A DNA stretch of 24,000 nucleotides from Promethearchaeota archaeon (GTDB lineage: Archaea > Asgardarchaeota > Lokiarchaeia > Sigyniarchaeales > SOKP01): contig JBHLOC010000021.1 in the NCBI GenBank assembly GCA_048940925.1, positions 56,054 through 80,053 of the forward strand, in the 5' to 3' direction. Shown one piece after another: positions 15,778-24,000 of the stretch. The translations under genes and the position numbers were made by a program. The notes under the pieces are model-generated. The model worked only from the letters and a program-made list of their open reading frames with translations, was not told where the DNA came from and did not search any database. Numbering within the stretch: position 1 is the first letter of the stretch; each line of letters opens with the position of its first letter.

Positions 15778-17679
15778 ATGTCTCAACTACCCTGTAAAAA
15801 ATGCGGTAGTGGTCTACCCTTAGTAAAAGGGTCTGTTATTCAGTGTCCTTATTGTGGGTCAAAAACTTATTATTTGGAATCAATTTATTCTTTTAGATAT
15901 TATGTTTCAGAGATTTTAAGCCTCACTTCAATAAAAGAGAAAAGAAAAATTGATGATAGCGAACTCGAGAGAAGGAAATTACTTATTAAATCATATTTTC
16001 ATAAAATAAATACTAAATTTAATGATTATAGACATTTAGTAATTACCAAATTAGACGAAATTAACATCGATCTGGTAAAATTATTCAATTTGATTCGAGA
16101 AGCTGGTAATTTTGAGATTATTATCGAAAAATTTCTTTTAAATCATTTACCTCAAAGTAATGAGAGAATTAAATTTCAGGAAATTAGAGATTCATCCTAT
16201 ATTATTAATAAATCTCTATTAGGGTTATATTATAGTTATTTGGCTAAAGAAATAAAGAATTATAAACATTGCTCCAAATTCTATTATTTTGCTGAACGAA
16301 ATTTTCAAAATATTGTAGACTATTGTCATATAACAAAATTTGAAAATCAAGCTTCCCACATCTATGATAAGGAAGAAATATATTCAATACTCGTAAAGTT
16401 TGTATCTATTCTAAGAAATATTTTAAATAAAAATCCAAGGTATTATTCTGAAAAATTAGAAAATTTACTAAAGAAATTGGGAAAAATTGGATTGATAGAT
16501 ATTCAAACATATAATTTATATACACAAATCGACCATATATATCAATTAGAACGAGATACCGCGGTATTATTAGAAAAAGTTAGAATAGATAATCCGTTTT
16601 CACAAACAGAATCAATAAATGAAAATTTAATACTTGATATGGAAGAGGATATTAAAAAATTAAATTACGTTAGAAATTGGATTAAAGATATATCTGAAAA
16701 ATTTTATATTTATCAAAGAAATCTTCTTAAATTACATTCTGGAAGGTTAATCAAGTATTTAGAATCTTATCGCGAGGAATTTTTAAATTATAAAAACAAG
16801 AATGCTGAAAAGATTGATGATCTATTAGGTACTATGGTTAATAAAGTATTGGATACATATAATTCAGAAATTATAGAAGCTTTAGATATTCTAAGTTATT
16901 TTATGCAGAAAAATATTTATAATCAAGAAGTTATAGAAAGATTTGAAATCGAGCACGATGATCTTATCAAAATGGAGGAGGCCCTCAAAAATTTCATTAA
17001 TAATTTATTTAAAAAACCTCTTCTCAGAAATATTGAATCTGAATATTATAAAAAACTTATTTCTCTAATTTCCGGCAAACGTACTGAATTTGATAACTAT
17101 ATTTCAAAATATATCAATAGATTACTAAAAAATTTTGAAGAAGTTAGAAATCAGAAAGTATTATCCTTAGAAGAACAACGTAATCAGTTTAGTTTAGAGA
17201 TTAAACCTAGCCTTCAGAAATTAATTAATTTAAGTTTTACTTTAAATGAAGAAAATTTACCATATCCCCTTTTCATAGATATAAGTTTTGAAAACAGAAA
17301 ATTAAAAGTAGATTACCCAGAAATGGTAACTCTTACAATAGAAAATCCAAATTTAACAGATATAAAGGATATAAAAATTTATTTCTTTATACCAGACTCT
17401 TTTCAATCTAAACTGAAATTTACAAATATTAAGAGACTAAAAGCTAATGAAACAAGAAAAATGAAAACTAGAATTATTCCCAGAGAAAGAGGAACATTTT
17501 TATCTATGGTTATGATGGAATATCAACATACCAACAAAACGTTTTGGATGCCCTCAATTAAATTTGAGATAGAAGTCGAAGATACTAAGAGGTATCTATA
17601 TTATCCTGTAACCAGAGCTAACTTTGAGTATGTACTCGAGGCTAACCATAGATTAAAATTTATTAGAAGTTTTATTTAA
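15778..17679 (+). CDS. Orphan 633-aa protein: N-terminal zinc ribbon, ~480-aa helical region and a C-terminal beta-sandwich-like domain
   Basis: The zinc ribbon C6-x2-C9-x13-C23-x2-C26 (CKKCGSGLPLVKGSVIQCPYCG) spans 15793-15855. The middle is helix-prone and rich in Lys, Glu, Asn and Ile, with no TM segment. The last ~130 aa alternate polar and hydrophobic residues like beta strands (MVTLTIENPNLTDIKDIKIYFFIP...GTFLSMVMMEYQH...PSIKFEIEV). I recognise no catalytic motif. Confidence 0.7.
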   Translation: MSQLPCKKCGSGLPLVKGSVIQCPYCGSKTYYLESIYSFRYYVSEILSLTSIKEKRKIDDSELERRKLLIKSYFHKINTKFNDYRHLVITKLDEINIDLVKLFNLIREAGNFEIIIEKFLLNHLPQSNERIKFQEIRDSSYIINKSLLGLYYSYLAKEIKNYKHCSKFYYFAERNFQNIVDYCHITKFENQASHIYDKEEIYSILVKFVSILRNILNKNPRYYSEKLENLLKKLGKIGLIDIQTYNLYTQIDHIYQLERDTAVLLEKVRIDNPFSQTESINENLILDMEEDIKKLNYVRNWIKDISEKFYIYQRNLLKLHSGRLIKYLESYREEFLNYKNKNAEKIDDLLGTMVNKVLDTYNSEIIEALDILSYFMQKNIYNQEVIERFEIEHDDLIKMEEALKNFINNLFKKPLLRNIESEYYKKLISLISGKRTEFDNYISKYINRLLKNFEEVRNQKVLSLEEQRNQFSLEIKPSLQKLINLSFTLNEENLPYPLFIDISFENRKLKVDYPEMVTLTIENPNLTDIKDIKIYFFIPDSFQSKLKFTNIKRLKANETRKMKTRIIPRERGTFLSMVMMEYQHTNKTFWMPSIKFEIEVEDTKRYLYYPVTRANFEYVLEANHRLKFIRSFI

Positions 17680-17768
17680 GAATTATATCCTTAGTTTACT
17701 TATTAAAAATTATATTTAATATAAAAAGTAAAATTTTTAGTAGTTTAATTTCTTCCTCAACATTAACA

Positions 17769-18863
17769 ATGAACGATAAAGAAATTCCACAAAAATCTAA
17801 TGATCAAGAATCCACTGAATATACATGGTCATTTTGCCCTATCTGTGGGGATAAGCTTCCAAAAGTTCAAAATGTTAAATTTTGTATAAAGTGTGGAACA
17901 AATATCGAGTTTATTAAAAAACATAGACAATTACCACCTGATCAAGTAAATAATCCTTATAAAATTACAACTACACAACCCCAATATCCCTCTTTTTTTA
18001 TTGAATATGGACCAGAGAAAATATCGGATGAAGATATTCTCAATACCAAAGATCGTAAATTATGGAGTACACTTACTTCTATAGGACTTCCTTTAGGAGC
18101 GTTTATTGCTTTAGAATTTTTGTTAGCTGGACTATTTGTAGTTATAATATTATTTACTAATAGTATAAATGCAATTTATGGATTGGCTTCTAATTTATAT
18201 TTTACTGCTCTAATTTCTGTTTTTGAATTAATTTTTGCTATCATTCCCATGATAAATGTGGGGAAATATCTTCAAAATCCAACCATAAAAAATAGATTAG
18301 CTTTATTGGGATTTACCTCAAAAGGTTATGATAGGAGAAGGATTCTTAAAGAAATTTTAATAGGATTAAGTTTTGCGATAATGGGTTTTATTATTGTGTA
18401 TTCAGTAAGTACACTTATTGAAATTATTTTTGAAAAAGGGCTCGGAATCGAGATAGTAAGTGATGATAGTGGTATAGAGGCAGGCATACTTTCCTCTGAT
18501 CTTTTAAGTATTATACTTCTTGTAGTAGTTATGATATTGTTTATAGGAACGACGGAGGAAATTCTATTTAGAGGTTTTATGCAAAAAGGATTAGTTCGGA
18601 ATTTAGGAAACAAATGGGGAATATTATTAACTGCCTTTATCTTTGCTTTCATTCACATAATTGGAATTTTTCTCATATTTGAATCACCTGTAACAATTTT
18701 TCTATCTTTTGTTATATCTTTTATCCCCTACTTTATAATTTCTTTAATCTTAGGATGGTTATTTTTTTGGAGAAATGAAAATTTGATTGCGAATATGACT
18801 TGTCATGGGGTATTTAATGCTATACAAATTATTATAGCCTACATTTTAGTGCAAGCTTTTTAA
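17769..18863 (+). CDS. CPBP-family (CAAX protease / Abi-like) intramembrane glutamic metalloprotease with an N-terminal cytosolic zinc ribbon
   Basis: 364 aa. The zinc ribbon is C23-x2-C26-x12-C39-x2-C42 (CPICGDKLPKVQNVKFCIKCG). Multiple TM helices follow. CPBP motif 1 is TTEEILFRGF (EExxxR), motif 2 is FIFAFIHII (FxxxH) and motif 3 is CHGVFNAIQ (HxxxN). Confidence 0.85.
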   Translation: MNDKEIPQKSNDQESTEYTWSFCPICGDKLPKVQNVKFCIKCGTNIEFIKKHRQLPPDQVNNPYKITTTQPQYPSFFIEYGPEKISDEDILNTKDRKLWSTLTSIGLPLGAFIALEFLLAGLFVVIILFTNSINAIYGLASNLYFTALISVFELIFAIIPMINVGKYLQNPTIKNRLALLGFTSKGYDRRRILKEILIGLSFAIMGFIIVYSVSTLIEIIFEKGLGIEIVSDDSGIEAGILSSDLLSIILLVVVMILFIGTTEEILFRGFMQKGLVRNLGNKWGILLTAFIFAFIHIIGIFLIFESPVTIFLSFVISFIPYFIISLILGWLFFWRNENLIANMTCHGVFNAIQIIIAYILVQAF

Positions 18864-18889
18864 TTTTAAAATTATTATTACAGGCAGAT

Positions 18890-19750
18890 ATGAGCTTATT
18901 ACATAAATTTGAATTGTTAGCTAAGGGAAAGGAAAAAAAAATAGGGATTGGCTTTGGAGAATCAGATTTTCATAATCAGAAAATCTTGAGAGCAAGCAAG
19001 TCTTTTTTAAAAGAATATAACTCTGAGGTTTTTATCTTTGGGAAAAAACCCTTTTTGAATACTATAAAAAACCAAGTCTCATTAAAAAAAGATCAATCAA
19101 AATTTAGGTTAATCGATTGTACAGATCCAGAAGAGTATATTTTTGAATTTTTATATGATAATACAATTAATGTTATTGTTAGAGGTTCATTAAGTTCAAA
19201 TAAATTTTTAAAAATCCTAAAAGACAAGTCAAATATCACGGAGATAAATAGATTAGCATTATTAGAAACAATAAAGGGACATCAATTTTTTTATGGACCA
19301 GTCGGAATTGATGAATGTAATACATTAGAAAAAAAAAAAATATATATTGAGAATGCATTAAAAGAATTCGCAAATCTTGGTATTGTTCCAAAAGTTAGCA
19401 TTTTAAGTGGTGGTCGGGTAAGCGATATCGGTAGAGATAATAGAGTGGACAAAACAATTAAAGAGGCTGAAAACTTGGTTGAGACACTAAAAATGAGACA
19501 TTATGATTTAAACATTTCTCATGATGAAATATTAATAGAAAACGCCATTGAAAAGAAATCTAATTTAATTATTGCTCCTGATGGTATTTCAGGTAATCTA
19601 ATATATCGTACGCTAGTTCATTTAGGAGGAGGAAAGGCTTATGGTGCAATTTATATAGGGATTGATAAAATTATAATAGACACATCAAGAGTAGGTAAAT
19701 CCTCTGAAATTCATGGTGCCTTATTACTAGGACTTGCCCTCTCAAGGTAA
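18890..19750 (+). CDS. Phosphate acyl/acetyltransferase (PTA/PTB)-family-like protein, short form
   Basis: 286 aa, starting 26 nt after the CPBP gene stop. The C-terminal motif LIIAPDGISGNLIYRTLVHLGGGKAYGAIYIG resembles the PTA/PTB 'xPD(I/L)xxGN(I/L)xYK...G' substrate-loop signature. The N-terminal KIGIGFGE fits the start of that fold. I cannot assign a subfamily (Pta, Ptb, PlsX-like or the archaeal 'predicted phosphotransacetylase' group). Confidence 0.5.
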   Translation: MSLLHKFELLAKGKEKKIGIGFGESDFHNQKILRASKSFLKEYNSEVFIFGKKPFLNTIKNQVSLKKDQSKFRLIDCTDPEEYIFEFLYDNTINVIVRGSLSSNKFLKILKDKSNITEINRLALLETIKGHQFFYGPVGIDECNTLEKKKIYIENALKEFANLGIVPKVSILSGGRVSDIGRDNRVDKTIKEAENLVETLKMRHYDLNISHDEILIENAIEKKSNLIIAPDGISGNLIYRTLVHLGGGKAYGAIYIGIDKIIIDTSRVGKSSEIHGALLLGLALSR

Positions 19751-19759
19751 AGTCTTCTG

Positions 19760-22228
19760 CTAAGTTTTGGTAATATTTATCTTACTAAAGAATAGTTTAT
19801 CTTTTTGTTTAAGAATCATAGGTTCACCTACAATTGTAAATTTGCCTTTTAACTTCATATCTTTCCGAGCAAATAAGTCTTCCCTAAGATCTAATCGCCC
19901 TGAATCAAAATTTGAATGAACACTCCCTATATACACATCTATAGTTCCTGGTTCTACAATAAAATTCATGCTTTCATTATAAAATCCAAGTTGTTTCATA
20001 GAGATTAGAAAACTAACTCTTACAACCTCATCAGGTTTTAGAGTTATTCGCTTGAACCCAAATAATTCTTCCACTGGGCGCGTAATAGTGGCTTCACGAT
20101 CATGTAAATATAATTGTACTACTTCATCACCCTCAATTTTACCTATGTTTTTAAGGTCTAATGAAATCTCAACAGTTCCATTAATATCTACTTCTGATGG
20201 ATTAATTTCTAAATTACTAAATTCAAACTGAGTATAACTTAACCCAAATCCAAAGGGAAATAAAGGTTCTGTATTTTCTTCTACATAATTCCAAGTCCAC
20301 ACAGAAAGATTACCTGTAGGTTTGTTATTATGAAACACAGGAATCTGCCCTGTATTTCGCGGAATTGATATCGGTAATTTTCCACCGGGATTATAATCAC
20401 CGAATAACACATCAGCAACAGCATTTGCTCCCTCTTCCCCAGGGAGCCATGCTTCTATAATTGCGGGGATATGCTCTTTTTCCCAAAGAATTGATAAAGG
20501 ACGTCCATTGATTAAAATTAGAACTATCGGTGTCCCAGTAGAATATATTTCACGAATTAACTCTTCTTGGACTCCAGGTATGGTCAATCTATCACGATCT
20601 CGACCCTCTCCGCTCGTACAATCCAATGTCATTCCAGATTTTCCCCCCATAACAAGGATGGCAACTTCAGATTCTTTAGCCATTTCTATCGCATTTTTAA
20701 AATCACTTCTATCATCTCCGAGAATTTTACATCCCTCTGTGTAAAAAATGTTAGTTGTAGTGGATATTTTTTGTTTAATTGCATCCAAAATACTTTTAAT
20801 ATTGTATGTCTTTCGAGCAAACAAATCTTTATCTTCACTTTCAATTATATCTTTAAAAAATGCAGCTGCTTCTTTATCAAGATCACGAATTCCAGTAATA
20901 CTGGTTGCTGAAGCTTCAAATTGGCTTAAAAAGGAATAATCTCCCAATAGATTGCGCACAGTATTAGCATTTGGTCCTATAACAGCTATATTTTTTAAAT
21001 TTTTCTTAAGAGGCAAAAGATTATTCTCATTTTTTAATAATACTATGGACTTTTGAGCAATATTTCTTGCAAGTGCTTTGGAGCTTGGGTTTGAAAATAT
21101 CTCCGTTATTTTTTCAATCTTCTCTTCTACATATGGATTTTCAAATAAACCAAGTTCGAATTTTTTTCTAAGAATTCGTGCAACTGAACGATTTACCACA
21201 TCTTCACTTACTTTACCTTTTTTTATAGCTCGTACAAAACCATTTCCATACCCTGCAGTTCTAGGCAATTCGACGTCTAATCCCGCATTGATCGCAAGAA
21301 TTGCTGCGTCAGTAGGATTAAAAGCTACTCTATGCAATCTACAAGCAAGCTCAATTGTTACATAATCTGATACAACAATTCCAGTGAATCTATATTTATT
21401 CCTTAGAAGATTGGTTAATAATTCATGAGAAATACCACAAGGAATTCCATCAATTTCATGATAAGCATTCATCACTGAACCCATATTAGATTCCTTAATT
21501 GCAACCTCAAATGGTTTTGAAAATATTTCTAATAATTCTCGCTTAGGTACAAACGCAGGAGCCCAGTTTCTACCTCCTTGCGATAAGCCATATCCTACAA
21601 AATGTTTACCTGTAGCTATTACACCTGTTTTTAAGGAATCACCCTGTAATCCCTTTATATATGTTGCTCCCATTCGAGATACAAGATAAGGATCTTCTCC
21701 AAAAGTTTCTTCTGTTCGTCCCCATCTAGGATCACGCGCAATATCAAGCACAGGAGAGAGACCCTGATGAGCACCAACTGTCCTCATTTGTTTTTTAATC
21801 TCACTCGTCATCATCTCCGCTAAATCTGGATCCCATGTAGAAGCTAATCCAATCATCTGCGGAAACATTGTTCCATTTCTAGCACAATATCCGCTTAGGC
21901 ATTCCTCATGAATAATTGTCGGAATACCAAGACGAGTTTCTTCCTTTAAGAACTTTTGTATTTCATTAGCTATTTTTACTGATTCCTGGGGTTTTACATT
22001 TAAACTTACCCCTAATCTTGAAATTTGTCCAATCCCATGACGAAGTTTTCTCTCCATTTTCTCTAAAGATAACTCATTTGATTCCATCAGATCACTTGGA
22101 TAAAAAGATCCAAGTTGAGCTACTTTTTCTTCAATATTCATCTTAGAAATTAAGTCTTCAACTCTTTCCTCAATGGAATGAGTAGGATTTAAATAAACTG
22201 GCTTATCTGTGTTCTCTTCTGACTTCAT
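19760..22228 (-). CDS. Glycoside hydrolase family 3 beta-glucosidase/beta-xylosidase with C-terminal fibronectin-III-like domain; no signal peptide
   Basis: 822 aa. The N-terminus is the typical SIEERVEDLISKMNIEEKVAQL. GH3 blocks present are GIPTIIHEECLSG, RDPRWGRTEETFGEDPYL, KHFVGYG and the nucleophile region FTGIVVSDY. The alpha/beta sandwich domain carries SGEGRDRDRLTIPGVQEELI and AIIEAWLPGEEGANAVADVLFGDYNPGGKLP. The FnIII-like region includes FGFGLSYTQFEFSNL and GDEVVQLY. Confidence 0.92.
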   Translation of the reverse strand: MKSEENTDKPVYLNPTHSIEERVEDLISKMNIEEKVAQLGSFYPSDLMESNELSLEKMERKLRHGIGQISRLGVSLNVKPQESVKIANEIQKFLKEETRLGIPTIIHEECLSGYCARNGTMFPQMIGLASTWDPDLAEMMTSEIKKQMRTVGAHQGLSPVLDIARDPRWGRTEETFGEDPYLVSRMGATYIKGLQGDSLKTGVIATGKHFVGYGLSQGGRNWAPAFVPKRELLEIFSKPFEVAIKESNMGSVMNAYHEIDGIPCGISHELLTNLLRNKYRFTGIVVSDYVTIELACRLHRVAFNPTDAAILAINAGLDVELPRTAGYGNGFVRAIKKGKVSEDVVNRSVARILRKKFELGLFENPYVEEKIEKITEIFSNPSSKALARNIAQKSIVLLKNENNLLPLKKNLKNIAVIGPNANTVRNLLGDYSFLSQFEASATSITGIRDLDKEAAAFFKDIIESEDKDLFARKTYNIKSILDAIKQKISTTTNIFYTEGCKILGDDRSDFKNAIEMAKESEVAILVMGGKSGMTLDCTSGEGRDRDRLTIPGVQEELIREIYSTGTPIVLILINGRPLSILWEKEHIPAIIEAWLPGEEGANAVADVLFGDYNPGGKLPISIPRNTGQIPVFHNNKPTGNLSVWTWNYVEENTEPLFPFGFGLSYTQFEFSNLEINPSEVDINGTVEISLDLKNIGKIEGDEVVQLYLHDREATITRPVEELFGFKRITLKPDEVVRVSFLISMKQLGFYNESMNFIVEPGTIDVYIGSVHSNFDSGRLDLREDLFARKDMKLKGKFTIVGEPMILKQKDKLFFSKINITKT

Positions 22229-22353
22229 ATCATCTCAACTTAACATGAAAATTTCCTAATTTCCTTTATAAAAAAAATAGTATCTAACTTAAAAAAATTA
22301 AGAGAAAAAAATTCTAAAAATGAGGTTAGTAAAACATCCAATTCTATTATGTA

Positions 22354-23220
22354 TCAATTAAATTCTTTAATAAGCATTGAAAAATCCTTCTCTTTTTCTG
22401 AAGCCTTTAAAAGAGCAAGAATTTCATCTAATTCTTGGATACTTTTTACACCTGGAACAGTTGTTGAGACACTAGTATGAGAAAGAGTATAATTCAAACA
22501 TTTTATTGGAGTAATATTTTTAGGAATCTTTTTTTTCAAACTAATCCCACCACTTTGATATTTTGCGATAGTTACTGTCCTATTTGTCTGAAGCAGTTTT
22601 CCACCAGCAAAGGGTTTAATAGCTACCAGTCCTACTTTATTTTTTACACATTCTTCTAAAAATTCTTCTCTTCCGGACATAGCATGATTTGCAATATTAA
22701 TTTGGTGCATTATCACATCAAAATGTCCACTCTTAACTGCTTTTAATCCTATAGAATTATTATGCGTACTCAACCCGATAAATTTTGCCTTTCCTTCTCT
22801 TTGTAGCTTTTTTGCTATATCTAATAATCCTCCTCTAGCTATTAATGATTCATATTCCTTTTCTTTAACGAACTGTAAATTAATAATATCTATGTAATCC
22901 CTTTTTAATAAAGACAATGAATTTAATATCGCTTTTTCACAATCTCTGACATTACGAGTTCTTCGAACTTTTCCCTCATATTCTATTGACCCTAAATGAC
23001 ATGCAATTATCACCTCATCTCTATGGTCTTTAATCCCTGCACTAATGTTTTCGATATATTCAGAAACATTGAAAACTAGATCAAAATAATTTATCCCATT
23101 TTTTATTGCCTTTAGGATTACAGAAATAACAGTTTCACGAGGTTGATGATATAAATATTCGGTTCCTAAACCAATCTCACTAACCTTTAATCCAGTTTTT
23201 CCTAATACACGATAGTTCAT
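22354..23220 (-). CDS. Aldo/keto reductase family oxidoreductase (short form)
   Basis: 288 aa. The N-terminus is MNYRVLGKTGLKVSEIGLGTEYL and NGINYFD supplies the catalytic Asp region. YIDIINLQF, GKAKFIGLSTHN and LVAIKPFAGG follow. These match the AKR (beta/alpha)8 signature order. There is no C-terminal Fe-S extension. Confidence 0.85.
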   Translation of the reverse strand: MNYRVLGKTGLKVSEIGLGTEYLYHQPRETVISVILKAIKNGINYFDLVFNVSEYIENISAGIKDHRDEVIIACHLGSIEYEGKVRRTRNVRDCEKAILNSLSLLKRDYIDIINLQFVKEKEYESLIARGGLLDIAKKLQREGKAKFIGLSTHNNSIGLKAVKSGHFDVIMHQINIANHAMSGREEFLEECVKNKVGLVAIKPFAGGKLLQTNRTVTIAKYQSGGISLKKKIPKNITPIKCLNYTLSHTSVSTTVPGVKSIQELDEILALLKASEKEKDFSMLIKEFN

Positions 23221-23348
23221 GTTTCATATCAAATTTTAATTTAATATTAAGTTAATGTTGAGTTCAAGTTTTAATTTTAAATATTATTTAAAAAGTGATC
23301 TGGTATAAAGAATTTTTATAAAAGAAAAAAAAAATAATTTTTATAGAA

Positions 23349-23648
23349 TTAACTTATTGCTCCTAGAAAAGTTGCAAGAAGTACAATTATACCCCCTATT
23401 AAGCTCGCAAAAACTATTAAAAGTATTCCTAAAATCGCTAGAAAAACAGGTGTATAAGGTATTGGTTTAACACCTAATCCAATAGCTAAAATAGAAAATA
23501 TTATTGCTAATACACCACCTATGAGGCCAAACCCATAAGGTAAATATTCTATTCCTATTATATGAACAATAGCTTCAATTAAAGCAATAATACCTCCAAT
23601 TATAGCCATAATACGCATTGTTTTATCTGTTTCCTGCACTTCACCCAT
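23349..23648 (-). CDS. Small (99 aa) integral membrane protein, three predicted TM helices, unknown function
   Basis: ORF with Gly/Ile/Leu/Ala-rich hydrophobic segments IMAIIGGIIALIEAIVHIIGI, GFGLIGGVLAIIFSILAIGLGV and VFLAILGILLIVFASLIGGIIVLLATFLGAI. No competing ORF. Confidence 0.6.
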   Translation of the reverse strand: MGEVQETDKTMRIMAIIGGIIALIEAIVHIIGIEYLPYGFGLIGGVLAIIFSILAIGLGVKPIPYTPVFLAILGILLIVFASLIGGIIVLLATFLGAIS

Positions 23649-23763
23649 AGTTGCTCACAAACTATTTTTATTAATTATTAATTAAAAAGAAGATCAACAA
23701 TACTTAAAAACTTATAAAAATGAGTAGATGATTATTTTAATAACTGTTTAATATCATTAAATT

Positions 23764-24000
23764 ATGTCATTAAAGCAACTTCAATTATTAAATAAATCAC
23801 TGAAATCAGCTAATTTATCTAGATTCAAAGAAATTTTCAATCTATACACAGAAAATAGAAGCTTACATTTGTCAGAATCACTAAATTATAAAAAATTTAG
23901 AGATCAAATTGAAAAATCTTATTATTTTGCTCTCTCTAAATTCCTCGCTTTATTTAGATTTGATGATTTTAGTGAACTTTTTAATTACTCTGATAAATTA
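23764..24000 (+). CDS. 5' part of a hypothetical protein running off the window end
   Basis: The ATG at 23764 opens a frame with no stop through 24000 (79 codons: MSLKQLQLLNKSLKSANLSRFKEIFNLYTENRSLHLSESLNYKKFRDQIEKSYYFALSKFLALFRFDDFSELFNYSDKL). A stop-free run of 79 codons is unlikely by chance in AT-rich DNA. It is absent from the ORF track only because no stop is reached. No motif recognised. Confidence 0.45.
   Translation, partial: MSLKQLQLLNKSLKSANLSRFKEIFNLYTENRSLHLSESLNYKKFRDQIEKSYYFALSKFLALFRFDDFSELFNYSDKL

Noticed and set aside
19329-19340. 12-nt poly-A run inside the PTA-like CDS, plus A10 at 14525-14534 in gltX and T9 at 7532-7540 in the Lys-rich ORF, as potential frameshift or slippage sites
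   Set aside because: In every case the reading frame is maintained and the run simply encodes Lys-Lys-Lys in a Lys-rich, AT-rich proteome. They are worth remembering only as homopolymer error hot-spots if the assembly is revisited.
20508-21365. Four plus-strand ORFs (78, 114, 63 and 95 aa) antisense to the GH3 beta-glucosidase
   Set aside because: All are nested antisense within an 822-aa gene whose motifs are continuous, and they overlap one another in different frames. I see no motif support.
4464-22659. Other short nested antisense ORFs from the track: 4464-4706, 7855-8076, 9876-10136, 13512-13742, 13996-14181, 15416-15625, 18326-18652 and 22477-22659
   Set aside because: Each lies completely inside a longer, motif-supported CDS on the opposite strand. 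None has a recognisable motif or its own intergenic context.
1-24000. Scan for CRISPR arrays, rRNA, transposases or integrases, toxin-antitoxin pairs, recognised defence genes and long direct or inverted repeats
   Set aside because: None found by eye. Spacers are at most ~200 nt with no regularly spaced repeats. Apart from the LAGLIDADG gene, nothing looks mobile. Exact repeat detection would need a computational self-alignment, which I could not run.

Overview
This is a coding-dense, visibly AT-rich window (GC not computed) with about 20 protein genes, one tRNA and short AT-rich spacers. I saw no rRNA, CRISPR array, transposase, integrase or long repeat. Three things point to an archaeal host. 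The class-I glutamyl-tRNA synthetase is of the archaeal/eukaryotic type with the archaeal N-terminal helical extension. The tRNA-Arg has a GCG anticodon and no encoded CCA. Several genes appear to have little or no leader. An uncultured AT-rich lineage such as an Asgard/Lokiarchaeia-like archaeon is my guess only. Most content is housekeeping or carbohydrate metabolism: a cofactor-independent phosphoglycerate mutase, a GH3 beta-glucosidase, a sugar-phosphate nucleotidyltransferase, two HAD hydrolases, an aldo/keto reductase, an amidase, an aldehyde dehydrogenase and an MBL-fold alkylsulfatase-like enzyme. I cannot name a defined novel multi-gene system here. The items most worth a second look are: (1) a 717-codon membrane-anchored PHP/DUF3604-like gene that the ORF track splits in two because of one in-frame TAA; (2) an orphan 633-aa protein next to a CPBP intramembrane protease, both opening with a zinc ribbon; (3) a divergent aldehyde dehydrogenase flanked by two small paralogous SCP2-like proteins, while the alkylsulfatase-like enzyme lacks the SCP2 tail of its family; (4) a long, plant/kinetoplastid-like iPGM in an archaeal context; (5) a free-standing two-motif LAGLIDADG gene just downstream of the tRNA. 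All family calls come from motifs read by eye and remembered family signatures. No searches were run.
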